A stretch of DNA of 64,000 nucleotides from Smithellaceae bacterium (GCA_963667845.2 CAXXVL010000002.1:3168001-3232000), one strand, 5' to 3'; positions 20,889 to 30,746 are shown, counted from the stretch's first letter. A program made the numbers and translations. The notes: generated by a model not told the origin, from the sequence alone.

Positions 20889-21512
20889 TCAAGCTTTTTT
20901 TTCATGAATATATTTTCTCAAATGTTGAGACAGGAGCGGCTCCTGTCCCGTATAGAAATGATCCGTACCCGGCAGGATGATGAACCTCGAATGAATGGAT
21001 TGGGCTTTTTCCCTCAAGTCATCTGCATCGCAGAACTGATCGCACTCCCCGCAGATAATTAAATCCACGGCATTTTTAAGTCCTGACCAATCAAAGTCAA
21101 AATATTTTTGCGGCGGAGACACCAATATTACTGAAGGGGAAAGGCTCTGTTCGGCAAGCAGGCGGCAGCAGACCCACGCTCCGAAGGAATAACCGGCCAG
21201 AACAATTTTTTCGACACCTTGATTCTTCAAGAACTTGCAGGCTGACAAAACATCCTGCTTCTCTTCCCTGCCCTCGTCATAAATCCCGGTGCTTTCTCCG
21301 ACGCCGCGAAAGTTAAATCGTAACGTGGAATAATCGCAAGAAGAAAATACATTGCAGAGGGTTTCCACAACATTATTGTACATCGATCCGCCCATCAGAG
21401 GATGCGGATGACAAATGACAACGCCGGAATCTCCTGACGACCGATGCCATAACCCTTCACCGAGGTACACCCCATTCTTCCAGAATACTCTTTCTTCCTC
21501 GTTTATCGGCAT
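20889..21512 (-). CDS. Alpha/beta hydrolase
   Basis: HPHPLMGGSM, RFNFRGVGES, GYSFG nucleophile elbow, DHF. Confidence 0.9.
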   Translation of the reverse strand: MPINEEERVFWKNGVYLGEGLWHRSSGDSGVVICHPHPLMGGSMYNNVVETLCNVFSSCDYSTLRFNFRGVGESTGIYDEGREEKQDVLSACKFLKNQGVEKIVLAGYSFGAWVCCRLLAEQSLSPSVILVSPPQKYFDFDWSGLKNAVDLIICGECDQFCDADDLREKAQSIHSRFIILPGTDHFYTGQEPLLSQHLRKYIHEKKA

Positions 21513-22501
21513 TAGATTTCACCCGCGCGATGACAAGCGCATAATCCCTTTTCTTCGCAGGAGGTAAGTCCGGGCTGCTGTTCCTCGCAAATTGCTATTT
21601 TATAGATGCAACGATTCTTAAAGTTGCACCCCTTCGTTTCCGTATCGGCAGGTTCTCCCTGAATCAACCTTGCTTTTTGTTTTTTCCTCGGCTCGCATGA
21701 CGGCATGGCAGAAAGCAACATTTGCGTGTAGGGATGAAGAGGTTTTTGATACAAATTATCTTTATCCGCCAGTTCGACGATGCGTCCTAAATACATGACG
21801 GCAATTCGATCGGAAACGTGGCGAATGACATTGAGGTCATGCGAAATAAACAGATACGTTAAGCCGAATTCCTTTTTCAGGTCTTTCAGCAGATTTAAAA
21901 TTTGCGCCTGAATCGAGGCATCAAGCGCGGATACCGGCTCATCGGCCACGACCAGAGCGGGCTTGAGCGCAAGCGCCCGGGCAATACCGATCCGTTGCCT
22001 CTGTCCGCCGCTGAATTCGTGCGGATAACGCTTAGTCTGTTCCTGGCTCAAACCGACCTTGATCATCAGGCGGACGGCCGTTTTTCGGTTTTCTTCGCGG
22101 TTCGCAATCCTATGTATATTGAGCGGCTCTTGAACGATGCGGAGAGCCGACTCCCGGGGATTCAGGGAAGAATACGGATCCTGAAAAATCATCTGTACGA
22201 GACGTCGATATTTTTTTAAATCGTCAGTCGACATCTCGGAGATATTTTCATCTTTAAAAAAGATATTCCCCGCATCCGGTTTCTCCAGTCTCATCAGCAA
22301 CCGCGCCAGTGTTGATTTTCCGCAGCCTGATTCGCCGACCAGGCCAAGGGTTTCACCCTCGAATATTTGCAGATCAACGCCGTCAACGGCCTGAACAATT
22401 CTGGGCTTGTTTTGCAGGAATCCCCCGCCCAGAGAATATTTTTTTACCAGTTTTTGAATATCAATTAAAACAGATGCCATGGAGGACAGGGACTCCTTCA
22501 T
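21512..22501 (-). CDS. Oligopeptide/dipeptide ABC transporter ATP-binding protein (DppF/AppF-like)
   Basis: GESGCGKST, FQDPYSSLNP, FSGGQRQRI, HPYT, C-terminal Cys cluster. Confidence 0.93.
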   Translation of the reverse strand: MKESLSSMASVLIDIQKLVKKYSLGGGFLQNKPRIVQAVDGVDLQIFEGETLGLVGESGCGKSTLARLLMRLEKPDAGNIFFKDENISEMSTDDLKKYRRLVQMIFQDPYSSLNPRESALRIVQEPLNIHRIANREENRKTAVRLMIKVGLSQEQTKRYPHEFSGGQRQRIGIARALALKPALVVADEPVSALDASIQAQILNLLKDLKKEFGLTYLFISHDLNVIRHVSDRIAVMYLGRIVELADKDNLYQKPLHPYTQMLLSAMPSCEPRKKQKARLIQGEPADTETKGCNFKNRCIYKIAICEEQQPGLTSCEEKGLCACHRAGEI

Positions 22502-23484
22502 TGAACTTTTCTTTGGGCAATGAAGCAGGAAACGAAATGCCCCTCTTCAATTTCCATCAACTCCGGTTCCCGGGCAAGACATTCGTTCTCGGCAAGTGTG
22601 CAGCGTTCCGAAAAACGGCAGCCGGAAGGAAGATCATAGAGACTCGGAACCGTTCCAGGAATGGTTTTCAAATGACCGTCACTGTCTTCCGGGGCACTTG
22701 TGCAGCCTGGACGAGATGCGATCAGGCCGCGGGTATACGGGTGTAAAGGACGGGCAAACAGTTTATCCACGGCCGCGGTTTCCACCACTTTACCGGCGTA
22801 CATCACCGCAATGTCCTGTGCCACTTCCGCTACAATGCCCAGATCATGGGTAATGAGAATAACCGCCATATTGTTTTTCTCTTTCAGATCGGCAATCAGA
22901 TTCAGAATCTGAGCTTGAATCGTAACATCCAGTGCCGTAGTCGGTTCATCAGCCAGCAGCAATTGAGGATGACAAGACATGGCCATGGCAATCATCACGC
23001 GCTGGCGCATGCCTCCGCTCAACTGATGCGGGTAATCTTTTATTCTTCGCTCGGGCTCAGGAATGCCTACCTCGCCCAATAGCTTGACGCTCATCGACAG
23101 AGCTTCTTTGTCCGGGACATGCTGATGTAAACGGATCGCCTCCGCAATCTGATCTCCGATGCGCAAAACAGGATTCAGTGACGTCATCGGTTCCTGAAAG
23201 ATCATGGCAATATCTTTACCGCGCTTCTCCCGCATGGCTTCTTCGGACAGCGAGAGCAAATCCTGCCCATCGAACAATATCCGACCTTCGGCGATTCGGC
23301 CGCCCGATGGAATCAGCCTCATGATGGAAAGCGCCAGCATTGTTTTTCCGCAACCCGACTCTCCGACAATGCCCAGCGTCTCACCGGCATTCAAAGCCAG
23401 AGAAACGCCATCTACCGCCTTAATCACACCTCTCGTCGTTGAAAATACGGTTCTCAGATCCTGAATATTCAGAAGAGGCGGCAT
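22498..23484 (-). CDS. Oligopeptide/dipeptide ABC transporter ATP-binding protein (DppD/AppD-like)
   Basis: GESGCGKT, FQEPMTSLNP, LSGGMRQR, DEPTTALDVT. Start taken at ATG 23484. Confidence 0.93.
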   Translation of the reverse strand: MPPLLNIQDLRTVFSTTRGVIKAVDGVSLALNAGETLGIVGESGCGKTMLALSIMRLIPSGGRIAEGRILFDGQDLLSLSEEAMREKRGKDIAMIFQEPMTSLNPVLRIGDQIAEAIRLHQHVPDKEALSMSVKLLGEVGIPEPERRIKDYPHQLSGGMRQRVMIAMAMSCHPQLLLADEPTTALDVTIQAQILNLIADLKEKNNMAVILITHDLGIVAEVAQDIAVMYAGKVVETAAVDKLFARPLHPYTRGLIASRPGCTSAPEDSDGHLKTIPGTVPSLYDLPSGCRFSERCTLAENECLAREPELMEIEEGHFVSCFIAQRKVQ

Positions 23485-23485
23485 A

Positions 23486-24988
23486 CTACTCTTTCTTGCA
23501 ACGATTTTGCAGGTATTCAAGAAGCAGACGCACCGTCACACCTGATGCGCCTTTCGGAATATACGCTTTGTCTTTCGCTGTCCAGGAGGGACCGGCAATA
23601 TCCAGATGCACCCACGGCAGGTCTTCCACGAATTTACTTAAGAAAGCAGCCGCCGTGATCGCTCCGGCCATACGTCCCGCGCTGTTTTTGTAATCAGCAA
23701 TATCGCTCTTGATCAGCTCCGAATAGTTTTCCCAAAGGGGCAATTCCCAGACCAATTCTCCGGTCGTCTGTCCCGCCTGATAAATCTCCCTTTTCGCTTT
23801 CTCGTCCGTCCCCAGCATACCGATAACGTCTTCGCCCAATGCCACGATGCATGCTCCGGTCAGAGTGGCGATGTCAATAATGCCCACTGGTTTATACTTC
23901 GATGCGTACGTTAAGGCATCGGCTAAAATCAGACGCCCTTCGGCATCGGTATTCAAAACTTCAATTGTCCGGCCCGAATAAGATCTCAGGATATCGCCGG
24001 GCTTCAATGCGCCTCCGCCGGACATGTTTTCCGTGGCGGGTACCAGCCCCACAAGATTCACCGGCAGCCTCAAATCCGCAGCCGCCATAATCACCGCCAT
24101 GACGGCCGCACCGCCGGACATATCCGTTTTCATCTCATCCATTTTTTCCGCGGGCTTTAAAGAAATTCCGCCGCTGTCAAAGGTCAGTCCTTTGCCGACG
24201 AGAGCCAGCGGGGCATCCGCTTTTTTCCCACCGTAATACTCCAGGATAATCAGCTTCGGCGGCTGGTGACTGCCCGACGCAACACCCAGGAGCGCATTCA
24301 TGCCCAGCGCTTTCATTTTCCCCTTATCCAGCACTTGGCATCTGACGTTCTTCTTTTTAGCGATCGCGGCGGCATGTTCCGCTAGAATCGAAGGCGTCAT
24401 CTCGTTGGACGGCGAAGAAGTTAGGTCCCGCGCAAAACACACGGCATCGGTAATGATCGATGCCTTCCTGACTTCTTCCATAAGCAGGGAATACTCGCTG
24501 GAATCAGTCACAATCGCCAGTTGACGCATTTCCTTGATTTCATCACATCCGACGGTTTTGTAAGGCGTGTATTGATATAACCCGAGGCGCGCTCCCTCCA
24601 CCACGGCGGCTATGACTTTCTTCTTCTGTTCCGGCAGAAGACTCCAATCCATGATTGTCGTGGCTTCCTTAATATTCAATCCACGCAGATGCTGCATGAC
24701 TCTGGCAAAAGCGCTGCGAATCTTTTCCAGATTCAATTCCTTTCTCTTACCCAGACCCACCAGGGCAATTCTTTTTGCCGTCATGGCGCCTCGCGCATAG
24801 ACGACGCATACTTCAGATGGCCGGCCTACGAAATCACCGCTTTTCATGACATCGCCGATCAGTCCGTTCGTCTTTTTATCCACGTCAAATGCCGCGCACT
24901 GCAAGTCTTTCTCGCCTTCGCAAAAAGCCAGGATAACGGTTTCGGTTTTCGCATCCGTCAGCTTTCCTTTTTGAACCGTAATTTTCAA
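23486..24988 (-). CDS. pepA: Leucyl aminopeptidase (M17)
   Basis: GKGLTFDSGG, NTDAEGRLILAD, ATLTGA, WVHLDIAG. Probable TTG start at 24988 after AAGGAGG. Confidence 0.96.
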   Translation of the reverse strand: MKITVQKGKLTDAKTETVILAFCEGEKDLQCAAFDVDKKTNGLIGDVMKSGDFVGRPSEVCVVYARGAMTAKRIALVGLGKRKELNLEKIRSAFARVMQHLRGLNIKEATTIMDWSLLPEQKKKVIAAVVEGARLGLYQYTPYKTVGCDEIKEMRQLAIVTDSSEYSLLMEEVRKASIITDAVCFARDLTSSPSNEMTPSILAEHAAAIAKKKNVRCQVLDKGKMKALGMNALLGVASGSHQPPKLIILEYYGGKKADAPLALVGKGLTFDSGGISLKPAEKMDEMKTDMSGGAAVMAVIMAAADLRLPVNLVGLVPATENMSGGGALKPGDILRSYSGRTIEVLNTDAEGRLILADALTYASKYKPVGIIDIATLTGACIVALGEDVIGMLGTDEKAKREIYQAGQTTGELVWELPLWENYSELIKSDIADYKNSAGRMAGAITAAAFLSKFVEDLPWVHLDIAGPSWTAKDKAYIPKGASGVTVRLLLEYLQNRCKKE

Positions 24989-25294
24989 GTGAACCTCCTT
25001 AACCTTAAACCCTCCAACTCGATGGGTTTTTCCGTAATAGCATATCAATAATAAAAGTCAATTGATAGTCAGGCAGCAAATACAGAAAACTGCTTTCTCA
25101 TCCGAACAGGTACTCTCGACGACTCCTTCAGTGGCGAGACTATTTCTTAATGCAGGGATCGCGTTTCGGCGGACCCTGATATTTTGCCAAAAGTAACTTA
25201 CGAAATAAGATTGTGACTTTTTCCATTCAGAAAATGTATATGGATTCAGATAGTGCGAAATACGTAATCCACCCTTCATGCATCGCACATTAAA

Positions 25295-25927
25295 ATGCAG
25301 GAAAATAATATGGACGATTTCAAAGATTTGACAGATAATATCGCGAAACTTCCCGTTGTTCAACCGCCGGAGGATTTGTCGTCTCAAGTAATGATGTCAA
25401 TCGAGCAGATCGAAACAAGTTTCTATTCCCGCATATGGAATGCTATTACTCGTTGCCGACAATTTTCACTTAATCCCTCCCGCGCTCTGCGCGGCCAATC
25501 GGATCACAAAGAAATCTTTATCTATTTTATGATTATCGCTGTCGCCCATCTGGCCTTTGCCCTGGTTTTACTTGCAGGTTTCCGGAGCGTTAATATGAAG
25601 ATGCTTCTGCCGTCGGTTATCCTGTTTCAACCACTGCTGATGCTCCTTCTTGCCGGATGCCTGATTTTGGGTGGACTGTTTTTGAGGAGAAACACGTTAA
25701 CCAGCATCAAAATATCGCGTGCAACAACACTGATTTACATGGAAGTGGTAATCATCAATGGCATTCTTTTGTGTATTGAATTCAATCGGATTACCTTTTT
25801 GATTCCGTTTATCACGGTTATTGCCGGCGGGACTCTTACTGCCGGAATCTTTCTGACGCTGATTTCCACCGACAATACACAGAGTCGTCGGAAGGACGTT
25901 TGTCACAGTTCGCAACCGCAGAGATGA
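25295..25927 (+). CDS. Membrane protein (about 4 TMs) with an anti-sigma-like N-terminus
   Basis: LPVVQPPEDLSSQVM segment resembles membrane anti-sigma factors; four hydrophobic stretches follow. Function is inferred. Confidence 0.55.
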   Translation: MQENNMDDFKDLTDNIAKLPVVQPPEDLSSQVMMSIEQIETSFYSRIWNAITRCRQFSLNPSRALRGQSDHKEIFIYFMIIAVAHLAFALVLLAGFRSVNMKMLLPSVILFQPLLMLLLAGCLILGGLFLRRNTLTSIKISRATTLIYMEVVIINGILLCIEFNRITFLIPFITVIAGGTLTAGIFLTLISTDNTQSRRKDVCHSSQPQR

Positions 25928-25962
25928 CACAAAGTAATGCACGCACGATGGACCATTTGATC

Positions 25963-26412
25963 ATGATGAAAGCAAAAAATGAACTTGGATTTACAATTCT
26001 CGAGGTAGCAGCCGTTCTCGTCGTTCTCGGCATCCTTGTTGCGGTGGCCGTGAGCCGCATTACCGCAACAGGGAATGAGCTCTATACGGAGAGGGACCTC
26101 TTGAAATCTAACCTTCGGTTTGCCCAGTTCAAAGCATTGAGCAATAATACTGACAGTACAACAACTTGGGGAATAAGTTTTTCCGGCGGCTCATATAAAC
26201 TTCAGAATAACGGCGCCGACACCACCGTTTATTTTCCCTCCGACAACTCCGCCACGCATACACTGTCGGGCAATGTTATGGTGTCCGTCCCGGCCTCCGT
26301 CACTTACAATTATTGGGGTAGCCCCGGGACAGCCGACATCACCGTCACGCTCAACCAGGGAGGGCAAACCGCCAGCTTTACAATAATAAGAACAACCGGA
26401 TTCATACAATGA
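25963..26412 (+). CDS. Minor pilin / pseudopilin (FimT/GspH-like)
   Basis: Prepilin motif LG|FTILEVAAVLVVLGIL; LKSNLRFAQFKAL helix. Confidence 0.88.
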   Translation: MMKAKNELGFTILEVAAVLVVLGILVAVAVSRITATGNELYTERDLLKSNLRFAQFKALSNNTDSTTTWGISFSGGSYKLQNNGADTTVYFPSDNSATHTLSGNVMVSVPASVTYNYWGSPGTADITVTLNQGGQTASFTIIRTTGFIQ

Positions 26413-27245
26413 AATCTTACGCCGTCAAAACATCGCGAGGTTTTACTCTCATTGAGGTTATTATCACGATCGTCGTCTTGGCTTTTCTTGCTGCGATGAT
26501 GGCTTCCTATTTCGGCACATCCTTTTATCGAAGCAGTTCTTCCATCTTCAACCTGAAGAAATCTCAGGAACTGTATCAGATCATGGAGAAAATTTCCGCA
26601 AAATACACCGAATACCCACGCTGGCGAAAGAGTACGGCATATGCATCCGGAATGGTTATCCTGGCCACGGCGGCGTCCGCCAATCAGGGCAGGTTTCGTT
26701 CCGGCGGTGGAACCAGCGGCACTGCAGAACCCGTGTGGAACAACATATCTGCAGGTGCAACCACGACCGACGGCTCAATTACCTGGACGTATGTCGGTCC
26801 GTCACCGGAACTCGCCTATCGCAAATGGAGTCCGAGCACACCGTACTTGGCAGGGACCGTTATCGTTCCTCAAATATCTCACTGGAATGGTTTCAAATAT
26901 TCCAGTAGCGGCACAAGCGGAACAAGCGGCGCAACAGAGCCGACGTGGCCCACAACAGTCGGCGGCACTGTTGCCGACGGCGCAATACTTATTTGGACGA
27001 ACACCGGCGCTGTTGAAACAGATTTACAGTCAACTATCGGCACTGAGGGACAGGATATGGACAACAGTTTCGGCAGGTATCGCGTCATCGACAATCACTG
27101 CATCAGATTCAACGCATCTGTAGAAGCGGCCTGCGATACAACCTGTCTGGAATATGGGCAATATCTAAAAGTTACTATTGGTTTCCGCTCGGATGATTCC
27201 GGTAGGACGGCGGAGACGCTGACTACCTTATTTGTTCGGCGTTAG
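26409..27245 (+). CDS. Minor pilin with two tandem ~60-aa W/Y-rich modules
   Basis: RG|FTLIEVII prepilin motif; two WxxSTxYxxG...GTSGxxEPxW...DG...W repeats. Confidence 0.88.
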   Translation: MKSYAVKTSRGFTLIEVIITIVVLAFLAAMMASYFGTSFYRSSSSIFNLKKSQELYQIMEKISAKYTEYPRWRKSTAYASGMVILATAASANQGRFRSGGGTSGTAEPVWNNISAGATTTDGSITWTYVGPSPELAYRKWSPSTPYLAGTVIVPQISHWNGFKYSSSGTSGTSGATEPTWPTTVGGTVADGAILIWTNTGAVETDLQSTIGTEGQDMDNSFGRYRVIDNHCIRFNASVEAACDTTCLEYGQYLKVTIGFRSDDSGRTAETLTTLFVRR

Positions 27246-27256
27246 GATGGGCAAAG

Positions 27257-27805
27257 ATGCGCAAGGGTCTAACCCTAAATTGTAACGGTTTCACGTTGAT
27301 TGAGGTCATCGTCTCCATGCTTTTAGTAGGCATTATGGCAGTCCTCGCCGGCATGGGACTGGTCGTGATCACGCAAGGTTATTTCTTCTCACAGCAAAGT
27401 AATGAAACGTCGTTGAAGGCTCAGGTGACCATGGCCAGAATGATCAAGGAGATCGGCCTGCAAGACCCCAAAGCCGAAGATTACATCATAAAAGCGGCCT
27501 CGGATACTTCTATAGGTTTAACTTACACGGATCCGGTAGCAGCGACGGTGGTGAACCATACAATTGCGCTTTCCGGCACGGAGATTCAGATCGATGGTAT
27601 TACACTGGCAGACAAGGTCGCAGCCTTTAACCTCCGTTATTACAAGTTTGATACTTCCGGTAATCCGCAAGAGTTGACGCCGCCGCTCGCCGCTGCAAAT
27701 CTGTCTTCAATTCGCCGCGTCGATATATCGTTTAGTCTGCACGGCGCGGATAACGTCGCATCAACCTTTGCCGACACGGTCAAGGTCCAGGAGCCATTCT
27801 ACTAG
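27257..27805 (+). CDS. Minor pilin (PilW/GspJ-like)
   Basis: NG|FTLIEVIVSMLL prepilin motif. Confidence 0.88.
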   Translation: MRKGLTLNCNGFTLIEVIVSMLLVGIMAVLAGMGLVVITQGYFFSQQSNETSLKAQVTMARMIKEIGLQDPKAEDYIIKAASDTSIGLTYTDPVAATVVNHTIALSGTEIQIDGITLADKVAAFNLRYYKFDTSGNPQELTPPLAAANLSSIRRVDISFSLHGADNVASTFADTVKVQEPFY

Positions 27806-27816
27806 GGGGAATAATC

Positions 27817-30018
27817 ATGAGCAGCTTCAGACAAACAGGGTCTGTCCTCATTACACTCATTATCGCCATGCTGCTGCTGGGTGTCCTGGGGGTCGGTATT
27901 TACAGTCTGACGACGGCCTCCAGTTTCACGGGCCTTTTATCCAACTCCAACGACCAAGCCTATCAACTGGCGCAAGCCGGCATCCGTTACAAGATTAAGA
28001 ATTTGTCGGATACGAATACCATCGGCGACTTTCGGCTACCCGATGACAAGCACATGTTCAATATTGCCTATAACGATACGACCAAAATCATCACATCCAC
28101 GGGCATCGTTAACGCGGGTACTTTTTTCGAAGCCAGGCGGGTCATCACCTATGATGTGGCTACATACTGGAAGCTGCCCGATACGAGTTCCGGCGGTACC
28201 ATCACACCCGGTCCGGGAACCAATCCGAATGAGCTTGGAGGTGATGCAATCGTAACAAATCCCGACGGCAGCTTTAATCTCGGCAACAATATAAGTGATT
28301 CATCAGGTTCGATCTGGTATCAGGGCAGCAGCAGCGCGGGCAACTGCAATTCCGGGGCCTGCGCATTTAATTATGGTTTGCGCGCGTATTTCGACCTTAC
28401 TTCTACCGAAGATAATTCGGCAGACAGCATGTTCAGGGGCGACGGGTTTACCTTTACGGTTCTGAGTGCGATCAACAATACACGTGATCGGACAGGCGGA
28501 GCGCCCCCGGGCGCCAGCATGGGTGAGTTACTGGGTTATGCCGGTCCGGGAAATACATCCGATAAGCTAGGCCTCAAGCCGCCCAAAATGGCTATGGAAT
28601 TTGACACCTATCCAAACACCGGCGCTTTAACGTATAACGGTTGCAGCGGCGGCAGGAATGATAATAGTAACAATAATCATATTGCTTGGCTGTTTTGGGG
28701 ACTGAATCCGAGCGCAAGCACGATGTGCAGCGCATCTTCCACCGTCGGCAATACGTATCCTCAGGCCAGTTTCGATGACAACATACATGGGCAGGGATCA
28801 GGCGATACCAGCCCGCCTGTAAATTCCTATTATGGATACGCGGGCGGCGGCTATTACGAGGGAACTAAGAGCCTCACGACATCCAACTGCCTAAGTGCTC
28901 CCGGAACGCTATGCAACTGGATGGAAGACGGTCACACTTACAGTGCGCGGGTTGAAATCATCCGCATCACCTCCGGAACCGGCGGACTTTACAAGGTCAT
29001 GGGCTGGATCTACCGCGACACCGAGCTACCGACCGCTCTTGCTCAGTATCGTGATATTACCAGTCCCTACACTTCAACTAGCCCACAGATCACCAGAACG
29101 GTGACACTTTCTGCGGCGGATCACAATGCCTTGAGCCAGGTTTTTTTCGGCTTTACTGAAGGAACTGGCGGCAGAAATCAGAACATCAAGATCAGCAACT
29201 TCAAAGCCTTCTTCCCACTTACCTGTCCGGCCATCATCAATCCGGTCAGTCAGGCGGTGGCGTATGGCGGAGCAACCGGCCAGACCATATCGGTCACGGC
29301 CGGCACGGGCTGCGCCTGGACGGCAGTGAGCAACAATGCCTGGATTACAATTACCGGCGGCGCCAGCGGAGCCGGCCCGGGGACAGTTACTTACGGCGTT
29401 GCTGCTAACACCGGCACTGCGAGGACTGGCACGATTATTGTTGCTGGTCAGACCTTGGCAGTCAATCAGGGCGCTGCACCGCCGCCGACTTGCACCCTTG
29501 TGGACAGTCCGCATATCTTGCCCTACAACAATACTACAACTTTGACATGGACAATTACCAATGGTCCGGCCGATGGCATATGGTCTTCATCTCCTGGCGG
29601 AACATGCGGCGACTTCACAGCCTCTAACGGCGGTTCCTGCACCACGGGCAATCAAATCACCGCGGGAGCGAGAACCTATACCCTGACCGTCAGCAATGCC
29701 ACCGGCAGCAATACCTGCTCAACAACCTTCTATGTCGGTTGCAGCGGGTACACGGTCTATAATAGTACTGGCGACAGACGCTACTTTGCAGTGACTGGGT
29801 CGGGTTGTGTTAGGGTTAGAGACGGAAATGCAATTACAAACAACAGCTTGAACACGGGGGACACGATATCACGATGCAGTCTAACTGATTTTGCTTGCTC
29901 ATCGCCTTTAGGCAGCATCAATTACACTAATGCCATGAATGCCGATATCCTACCCAATGGAGGTAATGGTAACTGTCAGGTCAATTATAACAACAACGAC
30001 ACAGTAAGTGACCACTAA
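27817..30018 (+). CDS. PilX/GspK-like pilus-tip protein with a legume-lectin-like domain, a BACON domain and a Cys/Thr-rich tail
   Basis: TG|SVLITLII motif lacking Glu5; GDGFTF, MAMEFDTYPN, NHI and VFFGFTEGTGG lectin-like motifs; CAWTAVSNNAWITI...ARTGTI BACON pattern. Confidence 0.8.
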   Translation: MSSFRQTGSVLITLIIAMLLLGVLGVGIYSLTTASSFTGLLSNSNDQAYQLAQAGIRYKIKNLSDTNTIGDFRLPDDKHMFNIAYNDTTKIITSTGIVNAGTFFEARRVITYDVATYWKLPDTSSGGTITPGPGTNPNELGGDAIVTNPDGSFNLGNNISDSSGSIWYQGSSSAGNCNSGACAFNYGLRAYFDLTSTEDNSADSMFRGDGFTFTVLSAINNTRDRTGGAPPGASMGELLGYAGPGNTSDKLGLKPPKMAMEFDTYPNTGALTYNGCSGGRNDNSNNNHIAWLFWGLNPSASTMCSASSTVGNTYPQASFDDNIHGQGSGDTSPPVNSYYGYAGGGYYEGTKSLTTSNCLSAPGTLCNWMEDGHTYSARVEIIRITSGTGGLYKVMGWIYRDTELPTALAQYRDITSPYTSTSPQITRTVTLSAADHNALSQVFFGFTEGTGGRNQNIKISNFKAFFPLTCPAIINPVSQAVAYGGATGQTISVTAGTGCAWTAVSNNAWITITGGASGAGPGTVTYGVAANTGTARTGTIIVAGQTLAVNQGAAPPPTCTLVDSPHILPYNNTTTLTWTITNGPADGIWSSSPGGTCGDFTASNGGSCTTGNQITAGARTYTLTVSNATGSNTCSTTFYVGCSGYTVYNSTGDRRYFAVTGSGCVRVRDGNAITNNSLNTGDTISRCSLTDFACSSPLGSINYTNAMNADILPNGGNGNCQVNYNNNDTVSDH

Positions 30019-30041
30019 CGGTCCCATATTTTCTGATATTT

Positions 30042-30084
30042 AAAATGAAAACCCCGTGCTCATAAATCACGGGGTTTTCATTTT
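30042..30084. terminator. Bidirectional intrinsic terminator between the minor-pilin operon and the ECF sigma gene
   Basis: 17-bp perfect inverted repeat AAAATGAAAACCCCGTG / CACGGGGTTTTCATTTT. Confidence 0.9.
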
Positions 30085-30182
30085 TCAAAATATGTTTTAA
30101 TAATTAAACTTGGTATTCTTTATCGGCACACGGCAGGGAAATGATGCGGTTCGCAATCAAGAAATGAGAATTCAATCCTTCT

Positions 30183-30746
30183 TCATGAATAATTATCACC
30201 TATCAGTTGCTTCAATCGCTCCAGTCCCCGGTAGACCCGCATTTTGACAGCGCTGACGGAATCGCCCGTTATGTCGGAAATTTCTTCAAAGGTCAGATCT
30301 TGCTGGTATTTTAAAATGATGGCCTCCCGCATATCGACCGGGAGTTTTCGCATATTCTCCTCGAGCTTTTTCATGCGGTCTTCGGAATGCAGGTCCCCTT
30401 CTCTTCCATCATTTCCCTGTATCGGCGGTTCAGAGCTAATGCAATCGAATGCGCGGGGAAAATCATTTCTCGCTTTTTTTCTCAAATGGTTGCGGATAAG
30501 ATTGATGCCGATCGTATAAAGCCAGGTGAAAAATTTCTTTTCCGGGTCGAATTGATGAAGTTTTTGATACGCCCGGATGAATATTTCCTGTGTAAGGTCA
30601 TCCGCGTCTGAATAGGTGCCTGTCATGCGAAATGCCAGATTAAATACAGGCGCCTTGTAGGCATCAATGATCTTCGCGTAGGCTTGCCGGTCGCCTCTCA
30701 GAACCTCAGCAACAACTTCTGCGTCCGTCTTTTGATCCATTGTCAC
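30183..30746 (-). CDS. ECF RNA polymerase sigma factor (RpoE/SigW-like)
   Basis: DADDLTQEIFIRAY and FFTWLYTI region 2; FEEISDITGDSVSAVKMRVYRG region 4. Confidence 0.95.
   Translation of the reverse strand: MTMDQKTDAEVVAEVLRGDRQAYAKIIDAYKAPVFNLAFRMTGTYSDADDLTQEIFIRAYQKLHQFDPEKKFFTWLYTIGINLIRNHLRKKARNDFPRAFDCISSEPPIQGNDGREGDLHSEDRMKKLEENMRKLPVDMREAIILKYQQDLTFEEISDITGDSVSAVKMRVYRGLERLKQLIGDNYS

Noticed and set aside
25058..25387. 109-aa minus-strand ORF and the many other short ORFs overlapping annotated genes
   Set aside because: They are antisense or alternate-frame shadows without motifs.
25100..30180. Active invertible DNA switch around the minor-pilin operon
   Set aside because: No convincing flanking inverted repeats and no site-specific recombinase in the window.
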